Shown: positions 30,072-40,588, numbered from the stretch's first letter. The stretch: 64,000 nt of DNA from Rubripirellula sp. (GCA_965216875.1 OZ244207.1:7744001-7808000), one strand, 5' to 3'. The notes: generated by a model from the letters alone, not told the origin. Made by a program: numbers and translations.

Positions 30072-32432
30072 TCATTGGCTCACCACGTCGACCTTGTGCC
30101 AATAGGCCCATTCGTTGGCCCAGTTGTTGGCTCGGTTCTCGATCCTGAGGTCGATCTCTTTGCCGGCATAGGGTGTCAGGTCAACGCTCAGGTCGAACCA
30201 TTCTTTGGTCACGGATTGTGGGCCAACCAATTTGTCTGCGATCACTTTGCCGTTGACCAAGACCTTGAGTTGCCAATCGCCGTGAGGATGATGGCTCGTG
30301 GTCAGCTCAAGCTTGGTCGTTTTTCCGCTTGGAACGGATAGTTTCCGCTGCAGGAAAGACGGGTTCTTGCGGTCCTTGGGGTGGGTCTGGACGGCAACGC
30401 GATTGCGAAACGAAGTGTGATGGACGACGCCACCTTCACCCACCTGATGGACCCGGAATCCTGGCGCGACCTTTTGGATGGTCCACTGCCATTGCGGTCG
30501 AGGTTGATTGCGATCGCGAGGATTGGAGCTGACGGCAACATCGCCGCTGACCATTCGCCGTGCAACGAACTCTTGCAACTTCGGAATGTTCCCCTTCACG
30601 GCAAGCTCGAGAGAAGCCTTGGGATACTTAGGAACCATTGGCTCAAGAGCAAACCAATACATTCGCGGCAAATTGTTGTCGCCCGCATCTTCGCCGTGCA
30701 TTGCCAACTCCTGCAGGATCGGCCAACGCTCTTGGAAAGGTAAACGTTGGAGCGCGGCGGCAAGGTAGAGTCGCACGATTGGCGACGAGTCCGACTTTGC
30801 CATCTCTCTAAACCGTGCCAGCACGTTTGATGATGGAACATGCCCCGTTGCCGTTTCGGCAACTTGGAACGCGTTGATGTCGCTGGCGTCGCAGAGCATT
30901 TGAATCGACCAAGCACGAATGTGTGGGTCGCTATCAAGAAGCAGCGATTCCAATTCGCTCGTGGAGAGGCCATCGGTTGAGTAGAGCGCCCACATCGCAC
31001 GAAGCCGCTTGTTGCTTGCACCGGCGGTGCGTAGCTGTTCTTTCAATGCGTTGTGAACCCCGTCGCGATCGAATTCAGCAACGTTGCCACTCGCGTCACG
31101 GCCTTGGCCTGACGCGTGTCGCGACATAAGTTGCACGCGCGCCTGTCGCACGAACCAATCGTTGGATTCCATTTGCAATGCGACAAGTTCTGCATCCGAA
31201 AGGCTACGCAAATTGGGGCGCTCGATCGGTTTGGCCCCCTTGGGCATGATTCGATAGATGCGGCCACTGTTGGGAAAGTTGATCGCATTGCCGCAGACGT
31301 CGGTGTCGTGCCAATCCAGGATGTAGACCCCGCCTTCGGGACCGAGCTCGACGCTAAAACCAACCCATGCCAGATCGTTGGTCGGCATGAAGTCATCACC
31401 ATGTTTGCCAATGAAACTTGACCCGTTGGGTTCAAGGATATCGGTCAACACGGCGTGTTCATGAATGTTGCACATGAAAAGACGGTTGCGGTATTCCTTG
31501 GGGAAGGCGTCGGCCAAATACACGCGTGCACCGCCATGAGCGGACAGGTGGGTGTGGTCGCGAATCGTCTTGATGTCGTCGTAGATGTAGGGATTGACGT
31601 GGGGGAGGCTCTGTTTGTGGTAAACGCCACCTTGGACGACGTGAAAGAGATGGGGGATCACACAGCAGGTCGCGAATCCTTGCCCATGGTCATCAAAGTC
31701 AAAACCCCAGGGATTGGATAGGCCCCGCGCGAAGACTTCGTACTTCTTGCGCACGGGGTGATACCGCCAAATGCCACCATCGATGAATTGTCGTTTTGAT
31801 TCGTCATCGCCCGGTTTGCCAACGCGAGATTGCGTGAACACACCGTGGCATCCATACAGCCAACCGTCAGGTCCCCAAATGAAGCTGTTGAGTGTTTCGT
31901 GGCGATCGTTGATGCCCCAGCCATCAAGCAAGACTTCGGGTGGGCCGTCAGGAACGTCGTCGCCATCGGCATCGGGAATGAACGATAGATTTGGCGGCGA
32001 TCCGACATAGACGCCTCCGTAGCCGAGCGCGATGCCTGAGGTAAACGTCAACTGATCGGTGAACGTCTTTTTTTTGTCGAAGACGCCATCGCTGTCGGTG
32101 TCTTCGAGGATTTGGATTCGAGTGACTTTGTCGTCAGTGTGTTCGCGTCGCGTTCGGTAATTGAAGTTCTCGACGACCCACATCCGTCCCCGGTCATCAA
32201 AGCAGAACGCAATCGGCTCGCCGATATCAGGTTCCGAGGCAAACACGTTCACCGCAAAGCCGTCTGGGATCGCCATCTTGGCGACCGCTTCGGCTGGTTT
32301 TAGAAAGGGCGCTTCGCTGGTGCGATGTTGTTTTTTGGGAAGCTGGTTTCGCGTTTCGTCCGCACGGGTGATGACGGCTAGCGAGACCAAGCAAAGAAAC
32401 GAGCAAATTCGGTGTAGGTCAATGCGGTTCAT
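30072..32432 (-). CDS. PVC-type membrane-bound dehydrogenase-like protein (propeller + HEAT), without CxxCH
   Basis: PDGF....FASEP....PIA..FDDRGR.WV, WGPDGWLYG, NPWG, GRIYR, HEAT repeats. Confidence 0.88.
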   Translation of the reverse strand: MNRIDLHRICSFLCLVSLAVITRADETRNQLPKKQHRTSEAPFLKPAEAVAKMAIPDGFAVNVFASEPDIGEPIAFCFDDRGRMWVVENFNYRTRREHTDDKVTRIQILEDTDSDGVFDKKKTFTDQLTFTSGIALGYGGVYVGSPPNLSFIPDADGDDVPDGPPEVLLDGWGINDRHETLNSFIWGPDGWLYGCHGVFTQSRVGKPGDDESKRQFIDGGIWRYHPVRKKYEVFARGLSNPWGFDFDDHGQGFATCCVIPHLFHVVQGGVYHKQSLPHVNPYIYDDIKTIRDHTHLSAHGGARVYLADAFPKEYRNRLFMCNIHEHAVLTDILEPNGSSFIGKHGDDFMPTNDLAWVGFSVELGPEGGVYILDWHDTDVCGNAINFPNSGRIYRIMPKGAKPIERPNLRSLSDAELVALQMESNDWFVRQARVQLMSRHASGQGRDASGNVAEFDRDGVHNALKEQLRTAGASNKRLRAMWALYSTDGLSTSELESLLLDSDPHIRAWSIQMLCDASDINAFQVAETATGHVPSSNVLARFREMAKSDSSPIVRLYLAAALQRLPFQERWPILQELAMHGEDAGDNNLPRMYWFALEPMVPKYPKASLELAVKGNIPKLQEFVARRMVSGDVAVSSNPRDRNQPRPQWQWTIQKVAPGFRVHQVGEGGVVHHTSFRNRVAVQTHPKDRKNPSFLQRKLSVPSGKTTKLELTTSHHPHGDWQLKVLVNGKVIADKLVGPQSVTKEWFDLSVDLTPYAGKEIDLRIENRANNWANEWAYWHKVDVVSQ

Positions 32433-33616
32433 TTGGCAGGCTCCACTTGCTCGGTCGTGCGGAGGTATTTGATCAAGTCGAGTACTTGTCGCGGCTTGAG
32501 TTGGTCGAGTTGGCCGTCGGGCATCATTGACTTTGCCGAAACCTTGCGACGTTCGATATCTTCTTTGGCGATCGTGACCCTTGGTTGTTCGACGGTTTTC
32601 AGGACCACGCGTCGACTGTCTTCTTCGGCGATCACTCCGCTGACCAACCTTCCGTCGACCGTTTGAATCATGACCATCTTGTAGCCGTCAGGGACGTCGT
32701 AACTCGGGTCAATGCTGTTGAGCAGGATGTAATCGAGGTTGGCGCGGTTCGAACCGGTCAGGTCGGGCCCAATCTTGGCACCTTCGCCATAAAGCAGATG
32801 GCACGAGGCACACGTCTTTTGAAACACGACGCGGCCGCGCGATGCATCGGCTTTATCCATGGCGTCGGGGGTGATCAGTTTTTTGTACTCGGCCATCGCC
32901 TTTTGTCGATCGGCTGCGAGTTGGCGAACGTCTCCAAAAGCGGAGGTGAATTCATCACCAAGCAGCAGACTCATCGAACGTGCGACGTGGGGTGGAATCG
33001 CTTGCTTCGGAATCGACTCGTTCTTCAACGCGGCGAGCAGCGGGGCGGCGTAAGGTTTGCGCGTCGCAAGCGTCTCGATCACGGCACGTTGCTGCGATTC
33101 ATCGAGTTTCGGATAGAGACCCAGAAGCAATTCGGGTGCAAACGGATGTTCGATGGCAGCGTAGCCACGAATTGCGTCGAGCCGCATTGCTGGGTCGTCA
33201 AGCAGTTTTTCAAGGAGCGGCCCCACTTCCTCGACCTGTTGATCGAGCAGCGATTGCAAGGCTTTGCGTCGAGCCGCGATGTTGGCACCAGCGTCGCTTG
33301 CTGTTGCAAGTGATCGCATCATAGCTGCGCGGTCACCAAAGAGTTGTGACAGTTGGTCCGACAAATGTCGGACGTTTGCGTCGGAGCTTTTTGCGAGCTT
33401 GGCGCTGATGCGTTTCCAGGTCGGCGGGGCCTGCACGTTGCGTTGTCCGTCAAGACCGCTCAGGATTCCGCGGATCAGACTGGCTTGGATGGCTGAATCG
33501 TCGGTTTGTTCAATCGTGTTGACGATGAGGGCAAGTGTGTCTGGTTCGTCATTTGCCTGGCATGGGTTGGGCCAACAGGACAAGAATGCCGCGATCACAA
33601 TCGGCAGTGCTTTCAT
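32429..33616 (-). CDS. c-type cytochrome, PVC putative heme-binding domain
   Basis: Signal peptide; GR.VFQKTCASCH, IGPDLTG, IDPS, SMMP.G. Confidence 0.9.
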   Translation of the reverse strand: MKALPIVIAAFLSCWPNPCQANDEPDTLALIVNTIEQTDDSAIQASLIRGILSGLDGQRNVQAPPTWKRISAKLAKSSDANVRHLSDQLSQLFGDRAAMMRSLATASDAGANIAARRKALQSLLDQQVEEVGPLLEKLLDDPAMRLDAIRGYAAIEHPFAPELLLGLYPKLDESQQRAVIETLATRKPYAAPLLAALKNESIPKQAIPPHVARSMSLLLGDEFTSAFGDVRQLAADRQKAMAEYKKLITPDAMDKADASRGRVVFQKTCASCHLLYGEGAKIGPDLTGSNRANLDYILLNSIDPSYDVPDGYKMVMIQTVDGRLVSGVIAEEDSRRVVLKTVEQPRVTIAKEDIERRKVSAKSMMPDGQLDQLKPRQVLDLIKYLRTTEQVEPAK

Positions 33617-33728
33617 GTGGTTGCTCGAGAAGGGCAAGGCGGGAAGGAAAAGGCAAAGGCAGGAGAGGGACATATTAACCGCTAGTGACTGGGCGTGTGT
33701 CACTTCTTGTCCTGGGGGCGGGAGATTC

Positions 33729-34346
33729 CTAGCTGACGGGGCCGGAATCGTCGGATGGCTTCTGCATATCTTCAGCCGCTTCCGAACCGCCAATGAGTGG
33801 CTCTGGAGGGATGATCAAGCCCATCAGCAACTCGCCTCTTGGAAGATCGCCTTTGCGGCGTTTGATAGTGATAGGAATCGCTACACACTGGCTGCTCAAC
33901 GCACACTCGAAGGCTTCGCTCATCGTCTCGCAGTAATGAACGTTTTGCTCACACTCGTTGCAGTAGCGGACTTTGGGCTCCGTCGTTGATTGGAGTTTGT
34001 CCCACTGCTTGGGGCATTCAAGTTGAAACTTCACCTGTGAGTGATTGGGGCGGTTTCGAGACGCTTGCTCTTCCGCAATGTCGCACAATTCGATTGGTGG
34101 GCGATCCATCGTCAAGAGCCATCCGAAATCGATTCCCTCGCGCAATGTTGCAAGTTGCTTGCGATTTTTTTCGCGTTTCCGCTTTGAGAGGTTGGGCCCG
34201 GACTGACGCCACGCGATCTCTTCTCGCAGGTAACCTGCTTGTTTGACACTCCCGTTCTCTTCAAGCCAGTCCGCGTAGACAAGGCGGTAAGAGTCGTTGT
34301 CGGGGTTTTTGCGGATTTGTTCGATCAGGTCCTGTTCATCGAGCAT
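33729..34346 (-). CDS. TIGR02996 domain protein with Cys-rich C-terminus
   Basis: PD.D..RLVYADWLEE.G; CPKQW, YCNEC..NVHYC. Confidence 0.85.
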   Translation of the reverse strand: MLDEQDLIEQIRKNPDNDSYRLVYADWLEENGSVKQAGYLREEIAWRQSGPNLSKRKREKNRKQLATLREGIDFGWLLTMDRPPIELCDIAEEQASRNRPNHSQVKFQLECPKQWDKLQSTTEPKVRYCNECEQNVHYCETMSEAFECALSSQCVAIPITIKRRKGDLPRGELLMGLIIPPEPLIGGSEAAEDMQKPSDDSGPVS

Positions 34347-34441
34347 GCGAGATCCCCTTTCCTGGCTGTGAAGTATCGAGATGAGTTGGTCGTGTGCCTC
34401 AGTTGTTTCGTTCCTGATCCATCGTGTCTCCATGGGCGAAA

Positions 34442-34924
34442 TTATTGGTCGGCAGGTCCTCCCTCCGCCTCGTCTTTTGGAACGAGGAAGCTGAGGTGAT
34501 GTCCAGCGTGAATCCACATGAATTGACGCCAGTCGTCGACTTTCAAGTTATCGAGCAGGGCGTAGTCATCCATCGATCCGTCAAACGTCTCCGCTCGATT
34601 GCAGGTCTCGATGAACTTGTCGATCATCGCATCGTCGTCCGAGTCGGCTGGCTTTGGTTTGAGTGCTTTGAAGGTTGGGAAGCCCTTTCCTAGTTTTCGT
34701 TTCTTTAGGCAGTAGCTGAAGCTCCATTGGATAACGGTTGCCCGCAAAATCCATGGCAAGCGAAACCCAAAACCATCCATCCCTCCTTTCATTGTGGCGT
34801 TCAAATGTTCGCAACATTGAGTGAGGTTCCAGTTGCCGAGCTTTTGGTAACCGCATTCTCTAAGTTGCTGAACATCCTTGATGACTTGGTCAGCGCAGTG
34901 AAAATCGAGCTCACGGCGTTTCAT
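34442..34924 (-). CDS. DUF1569 (DinB-like) protein
   Basis: GNWNL.Q.CEHL, W.....IHAGHHLSFL. Confidence 0.8.
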   Translation of the reverse strand: MKRRELDFHCADQVIKDVQQLRECGYQKLGNWNLTQCCEHLNATMKGGMDGFGFRLPWILRATVIQWSFSYCLKKRKLGKGFPTFKALKPKPADSDDDAMIDKFIETCNRAETFDGSMDDYALLDNLKVDDWRQFMWIHAGHHLSFLVPKDEAEGGPADQ

Positions 34925-35183
34925 GGCGCACCCTGTGTGATTGGAAAAGCAGCTTTCGAACAGAGCCTTGTTCGATTTGAAAAGTGATGCCCAACCCGCC
35001 CGATGGGACCACTTCTGATTCTACTGCTTGTCCATCGAAGCTCGAATCCGAATGGCTGCTGAAACGATGCGGCAAGTCATCGCAGCCAATGTGCTTCACC
35101 TCACCAACGCATGTTCGCCGTCGAGGCTTTCGTGCATTGTGAAGCCGACACACACGACGCGGTTTGCGGCACGCGGGTTCGCG

Positions 35184-36335
35184 TTACGCAGGAATCGGCA
35201 GTCGCCGCTTGGCAATCGATGTGCCTGCGATTTGCGCGGTCGGCTTGCTCGTTTTGGAGGCTGGCTGATGGAAAGTGACGAAGCCGTAAAGTCGGGCCAG
35301 GCAAAACGTGCAAACGACACCGGCTAAGAACAGGATCAGCACAAAGGAATTTCCCGGTTCACCAGCAACCATCATTGCGGTGAAAACGCTGGCCATGAAA
35401 CAGGTCACCACCGCTGCGCGCGACGACCACTGGGTCACCAAGCAGACGAAGATGACGCCGGCCAGTGGGATGGTTACCCAAAACAGGGGTAGCGACTTGA
35501 GCCCAAAAGCAAGGAACAGAGCCGATGCTCCAGTGGCTTGCAGCAATTCCACAATTCCGAATCGAAGCGACGCTTGCCGCCACCGAGAGGTCTTGCGCGG
35601 CTGCCCGTGCCTGTGGTTGTGGATTTGATTGTTTCGACAGATCCGTTGTCCGGTCGATCGCGCTAGCAAGCCAAGACCGATTGGAACGGCAAGGATGGGC
35701 AGCAGGCAGGCGCTGTAGGTGAGTGCCCACAGGTGCGAACGCGCGTCCGAATAGATCGGGAGGAAGTAGAAAAGGCAAACCAACGCACCTGCTGGCAACG
35801 CGATGAGCCTCGTCGTGTCTGTCGAATCGGTATCGGCAATGGTCGTCGTCATCAACAAGGCGATCAACACGATCGTGTCGGCAAACACGCGAGCAACAGA
35901 GCGACAACGAGCACCTTCGCGAGCAAGCAGCAAAGCCCAGATCGCGGCTGTGAACGCGGTTGCCACGCGCAGAGCAAGAACGGCGGTGATCGATGTGGGC
36001 CGGTTTCTCACTTGCCCCGGCCCGGAAACTGGTCGCGTCGCGATTGCTAAGGTCGCTGTGGGCCTGAAGATGTCTGTGCCCGAATCCCAATTGCCAGCGC
36101 CGAAGTTGCCGGAGCCAGGCCCAAGGTTCGCCGCATCAGGTGCCAAGTTTGCTGACGTTGGCATCGCCACGCGGTGCGTGCGATCTTCGCCCGATTTGGG
36201 AGGGTGCGCATGGTCCGAAGGCGCCCAACTCACACACCATTGGCCGCACCAAACGATCGGTACGCTCAATAGGAGTAGAAGAGTTTGTGCCCGCGATGGA
36301 AGAAACGAAGTCCAGGTGCTTTCAATTTGACGCAC
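35184..36335 (-). CDS. Membrane hypothetical protein
   Basis: Many hydrophobic segments; fills the gap between neighbours; start uncertain. Confidence 0.5.
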   Translation of the reverse strand: MRQIESTWTSFLPSRAQTLLLLLSVPIVWCGQWCVSWAPSDHAHPPKSGEDRTHRVAMPTSANLAPDAANLGPGSGNFGAGNWDSGTDIFRPTATLAIATRPVSGPGQVRNRPTSITAVLALRVATAFTAAIWALLLAREGARCRSVARVFADTIVLIALLMTTTIADTDSTDTTRLIALPAGALVCLFYFLPIYSDARSHLWALTYSACLLPILAVPIGLGLLARSTGQRICRNNQIHNHRHGQPRKTSRWRQASLRFGIVELLQATGASALFLAFGLKSLPLFWVTIPLAGVIFVCLVTQWSSRAAVVTCFMASVFTAMMVAGEPGNSFVLILFLAGVVCTFCLARLYGFVTFHQPASKTSKPTAQIAGTSIAKRRLPIPA

Positions 36336-36649
36336 GAGGTGGTGCCCACGACTGCGATGATTTGCCCATGGCCCGAATTGAGGGTTCGAGCCGAGCCCAT
36401 AAGATACAGCTTTAAGTTTCTTTGTGCGAACTTAATGAAGAAAATAGGTGAATTCACGTCACATTGCGGAGCTCAGCAAAGTGGTGCGATGACAGTTGCG
36501 ATCTTCAACAGAACGCGGGAAGCAATGGAGTGACCGCTCGCCGCCGCCCAACGCTCGGGCGACCGTTGCTACGTTGAATGCAAGGCCCACAGTTGGCGGT
36601 GGCACGCTACGCTAAACCAAACAATTGGTGTTCATTGGGAGGCGAATCG

Positions 36650-38035
36650 ATGGTCCGGCTCGGCAGTTTTCTTGTTTGTGTTTTGCTGTTTGGCTCGCAT
36701 GCAATGGCGCAGCGACCTGCGACGATTCAAGCGGTGTCCCAACGTTCGTTCGTCACCGGTGTGACGCCTGTGATCGGTCCTGGTGGTCGGGTTGGTGGTG
36801 TTCGGGTCGATGTTGATGGCTTTGTGCGGCGAGCGACCGAAGCGGTCGATGTTCGGCCACTTCCGGCTGGGATCGAGGTAAACCCACTCGCAAAACCGTC
36901 GCCGTTGCGGGTCGTGTCATTGGCGCGACTTGATGCAGCGATTGCCCAGCGCCTGCGTGCTGGAGAATCGATTACCGAAGCGATGTTCTTTCTGGCAGGA
37001 TTGAAGCGGGTCGAATACGTTTTTGCTCTGCCAGATTCCAACGACCTCGTCATCGCCGGACCGGCCGAAGGTTGGCGCATGTTCGATGATGGGATTGTCG
37101 TGGGAATCGACTCAGGTGACGCAATCCTGCGACTGGACGATTTGCTTGATGCACTACGGCATGCTCAGCAAGTGGAGCGGCGCAGGATTTCGTGTTCGAT
37201 TGAACCGACGGCCGCCGGATTGAAAGAGTACGCGAGAACAGTGAATCGGCGAGGCATTCGATTTAGCAAGCCAGTCGTGGAATCGCTCAAGCAGGCAATG
37301 GGCGACCAGCAAGTTCTCCTTGAAGGCTTGCCAGAGGACGGTCATTACTCTGCCGTCATGGTTGCGGCAGACTACATGATGAAACGGCTTGCGCTAGGGC
37401 TCGAGACTCGTCCCCCGGCCGACTTGCCCAACTACATGCAACTATTGCAGCGCTCTAAGGCACCTGCCCAAGTAGGCTCTCCGCGTTGGTGGGTGACGGC
37501 AGACTACGAACCAATCAACCATTCGCCCGATCGTCTTGCTTGGCGGGTCCGCGGCAAAGGGATTCGAACGTTGACAGAGGACAGTTTTTTGTCGGCCGAC
37601 GGTGAGCGGAAAGCCTCCAAGAGAGTGAACCCAGCTGCGACGAAATGGGCGACCATGATGACGGATCGATACGGTGACTTGGCGAAACGGTATCCCGTAT
37701 TCGGCCAGCTTCGCGGGTGCGTTGATCTTTCCGTCGTGGCGACATTGATCGCCCAACGCGATTTAATCAACGCAGCGGGGTGTGAGCTTCCAACACTGCT
37801 CGATGCGTCCGCTCTACGTGGGCCAACGTTTCATGTGCCGACCCGAGTGCCATCGGAAGCTTCGATGGTAAGGGGAAGGTCGGGGTGGATCGTGAGTATC
37901 TCAGGCGGCGTCGACATCGATCCCTGGGCGGTGGTCGCTTCGACTGAGTTGGATCCTAAGTTGGCCATCACTCAAAGGCAGGTTGCTGCACCCGACGATG
38001 CGACGTGGTGGTGGAGCGTTGATGTTGGCCATTGA
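36650..38035 (+). CDS. DUF1598 domain-containing protein
   Basis: VGGV.VD.DG, LR.VSL..L, LAGL, DLVIAGPAE, SCSIEP, ADY.MKR. Confidence 0.85.
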   Translation: MVRLGSFLVCVLLFGSHAMAQRPATIQAVSQRSFVTGVTPVIGPGGRVGGVRVDVDGFVRRATEAVDVRPLPAGIEVNPLAKPSPLRVVSLARLDAAIAQRLRAGESITEAMFFLAGLKRVEYVFALPDSNDLVIAGPAEGWRMFDDGIVVGIDSGDAILRLDDLLDALRHAQQVERRRISCSIEPTAAGLKEYARTVNRRGIRFSKPVVESLKQAMGDQQVLLEGLPEDGHYSAVMVAADYMMKRLALGLETRPPADLPNYMQLLQRSKAPAQVGSPRWWVTADYEPINHSPDRLAWRVRGKGIRTLTEDSFLSADGERKASKRVNPAATKWATMMTDRYGDLAKRYPVFGQLRGCVDLSVVATLIAQRDLINAAGCELPTLLDASALRGPTFHVPTRVPSEASMVRGRSGWIVSISGGVDIDPWAVVASTELDPKLAITQRQVAAPDDATWWWSVDVGH

Positions 38036-38043
38036 GTTGGCCG

Positions 38044-38856
38044 TTATCTCGTTGCGACATGTTCGGCAAAGAGGTGCTGCCACTCCGCCGGGATCTTGGC
38101 AAGCTGTTTGGGCGAAATCCGAACGGCCGGTTGCTCGCCAAAGTTCCACGATTCGTGAAACCAGGGACGCCGATACACCATGTACAAAATCGTTCGGTGC
38201 CGATCGCTTTGATTGGCCATGCCAGCATGTAACAGGCGGTAGTCCATCAAATAGGCGTCGCCTGCTTGGGCCATTGGCAACGACGCGCCCTCAAGTGATG
38301 GTTCTTCGACAAGCCTTTCGAGTAGATCACGCGTTCCAGCTTGGCGATGGGAACCCTCCCAGATTGCCGTCGTGCCCGTTCGTTCGTCGAGATCGCGAAG
38401 TGGTACCACCACCGTGACGGCGTGTGGCGGCAGCGAACCGCAGAGTTCTTCCGATTCGAAGAGTGGTGGGTAGTCGAAATGCGCCGGTTGGGCGTCGGCA
38501 CGTGCAAAGGCGACAACCGCACCAAAACTCGAGAGCGTGCAGTTCGCTCCGAGCAGGTTTTGGATGATCGGGAACCAACGTTGATTGGCATACAGCGATG
38601 CATCTCGAAACGGGCGTTTGAGTTTCAAGGAAATCATGAAACGTCGGTCGCCAACCAGCGCGAAGCGTTTTCGCAGTGTCGAGGTTGCGAGCGAGGCGTA
38701 TTGGTGATCGAACGCATCGGCCAGCTGTCCAACGAACTGGCGGTCGATCACATTGCGCAGCCAAAGTGCTCCATGTTCGCGAAACAGCGACGTTGCCGTG
38801 TCGCGTTCTTGTTCGGAGACTAAACGATTGGAATCAAGTGTCAGCGCGCTCTTCAT
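38044..38856 (-). CDS. Phytanoyl-CoA dioxygenase family (Fe/2OG) protein
   Basis: QPAHFD (HxD), GTTAIWEGSH, LHAGMAN...R. Confidence 0.85.
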   Translation of the reverse strand: MKSALTLDSNRLVSEQERDTATSLFREHGALWLRNVIDRQFVGQLADAFDHQYASLATSTLRKRFALVGDRRFMISLKLKRPFRDASLYANQRWFPIIQNLLGANCTLSSFGAVVAFARADAQPAHFDYPPLFESEELCGSLPPHAVTVVVPLRDLDERTGTTAIWEGSHRQAGTRDLLERLVEEPSLEGASLPMAQAGDAYLMDYRLLHAGMANQSDRHRTILYMVYRRPWFHESWNFGEQPAVRISPKQLAKIPAEWQHLFAEHVATR

Positions 38857-39305
38857 GATTCTGAGTCGCCCGGATCGGCGGGTTCATCCCATGCTGCCTG
38901 TTCATCCCAAGCTGGTTGTTCGGCGGTCACGTCAAACGTTTTTTCCGCGATGGTTTTGCCATCCATCTCGAGGAACATTCGCCACGGACCAAGCTTGTCG
39001 TCGATCGGTTCCCAGATGGTGTCACCAAGGTAGAAATTCCAATCATTGGTTTTGACGTACACGTCACCGGTAAACGGTTTGCGGCGTGCGCCGCTTGCAT
39101 CGCGGATCCCTGGGTGATCGATGCAGTAGTGAATCAGTTGATTCTTGGCGTTCTTGACGTTCACGACGAACCCAAACTCAATGTCGATTTGCGCCGGAAC
39201 AGACGTGGTGACCTCAACGATTTGGGGTAAATCCTTCGCTTCGGAGTCCCACTTCGAATAGATTCCGAACGTTCGCATCGCGACTTCGGCTTTCCGTTTT
39301 GCCAT
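38853..39305 (-). CDS. DUF3859-like protein
   Basis: GIYSKWD, VPA..DIEFGF, YCIDHP, FYLGDTIW.P....GPW. Confidence 0.75.
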   Translation of the reverse strand: MAKRKAEVAMRTFGIYSKWDSEAKDLPQIVEVTTSVPAQIDIEFGFVVNVKNAKNQLIHYCIDHPGIRDASGARRKPFTGDVYVKTNDWNFYLGDTIWEPIDDKLGPWRMFLEMDGKTIAEKTFDVTAEQPAWDEQAAWDEPADPGDSES

Positions 39306-39549
39306 GCAGCGTCGACTATACTTGGGTTGGGTTGTGAAATGAGGGCGTCGAGTCCGACATCATCTTTGGTCCTCATTAACTTGAATAGTCCCCCGCAACT
39401 TCGGTGTCGCCGTAACTTCGGAGTTCCAGCGGGGTTGTACGATTGCGAAAGTGTAAGCAGTGCGAAAGGCTGAGTTTCGCACGGGGATTACCCAAAAGTA
39501 GTGTGCGAGGATACCTTCATCGAGAGATAGGGCCCAAACGAGAGACGTC

Positions 39550-40362
39550 GTGATTCGATCCTTTATGTTCCTTTGGCTGATGGCCTCCTGTTGTTCGATC
39601 GCCGCAGCCCAGCAGGCGGTGCGCGACGCCAATCAGCTGACACTCCAGTTGCACGATGTGCGACTTGAGGACGTTCGCGATGCTGCGGCACTGGCTCAGG
39701 AGATCGTTGGTGCCGATCGTGTCGCATTGATTACGCCCACGCGACAAATTGCTGTCTTCGCCACGTTTGCGGACCAACGGCGTGTGACCGAGCAGCTCAA
39801 GGCTGCTGAAAAGACCGGCGTTCTGTATCAGGTTTTCAACTTGGCCGATGTGAATCGCGACAAGTTGGAGCAAGCGATTCGACGTTGGGTAATCAAAAAG
39901 AAACCGACGACACGGCCGTCCTTACCGTCGCCGGATGACGGCAAGGAAGCTTCGGAGACAAAGGATGCGGAAGCAACGACGGGGCTCGAAAAGGAAGCTC
40001 GCGATCCCATCGTGCTGCAGTATCAAGTCGATCCGCTCACCAATCGGATGCGTGTTTGGGGAAGCGACGATCAATTGAAGGTGGTCGGCCGCATCATCGA
40101 TTCCCTTGTTCGAGCGGATCGTCCCAATGGCGTTGAGACGACTGCCGAGACATCGCGTTTGGACCCAGCGGCGACAGGTGATGGGATTGAGGTGATGCCA
40201 CCTCCCAAGAACCCACCACGTGATGAGAGGCAAACCAATGAGTCGGCGATCCGCATGTTGCCCATGCCACGAGGACCGGTGTCCGTGACCTCAATCGATG
40301 AGCTCGACTTGTTGCTCATTCGTGGATCCGGTCCTGCCGACGCACCCGGTTCGGACCGGTGA
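39550..40362 (+). CDS. Secreted protein with secretin N-terminal-like repeats (possibly truncated)
   Basis: Signal peptide; VDPLTNRMRVWGS...V..II..L and a final LDLLLIRG repeat start. Confidence 0.6.
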   Translation: MIRSFMFLWLMASCCSIAAAQQAVRDANQLTLQLHDVRLEDVRDAAALAQEIVGADRVALITPTRQIAVFATFADQRRVTEQLKAAEKTGVLYQVFNLADVNRDKLEQAIRRWVIKKKPTTRPSLPSPDDGKEASETKDAEATTGLEKEARDPIVLQYQVDPLTNRMRVWGSDDQLKVVGRIIDSLVRADRPNGVETTAETSRLDPAATGDGIEVMPPPKNPPRDERQTNESAIRMLPMPRGPVSVTSIDELDLLLIRGSGPADAPGSDR

Positions 40363-40436
40363 CCAGCGGCTCGCTGCCCTAGCCGATGGTCTGCATCGAA
40401 GCGTCAAGCTCTTGAGTTTGCCAAAACAGATCAAAG

Positions 40437-40530
40437 CGGAAGCGGATGGGAATCGAACCCACCAGGCATCGTTTCGGACGCCTCACTGGTTTTGAAGACC
40501 AGGGCGCTCACCAGAGTCACAAACGCTTCC
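40437..40530 (-). tRNA. selC: tRNA-Sec(UCA)
   Basis: Reverse complement GGAAGCGTTTGTGACTCTGGTGAGCGCCCTGGTCTTCAAAACCAGTGAGGCGTCCGAAACGATGCCTGGTGGGTTCGATTCCCATCCGCTTCCG: UCA anticodon, long D stem with 4-nt loop, long variable arm, G discriminator. Confidence 0.9.
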
Positions 40531-40554
40531 GGGGTTTTTCAAGTTTGCGCACAT

Positions 40555-40588
40555 AAAAAGTACATAAAACTCTTAGGCCGCGATACTG
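40555..40588. repeat. 34-bp imperfect direct repeat, copy 1
   Basis: AAAAAGTACATAAAACTCTTAGGCCGCGATACTG; 29/34 identical to 41551-41584. Confidence 0.8.

Noticed and set aside
40360..40436. Selenocysteine read-through of the TGA ending the 39550 ORF
   Set aside because: The frame would run antisense into selC, and no SECIS-like hairpin or redox motif is evident.
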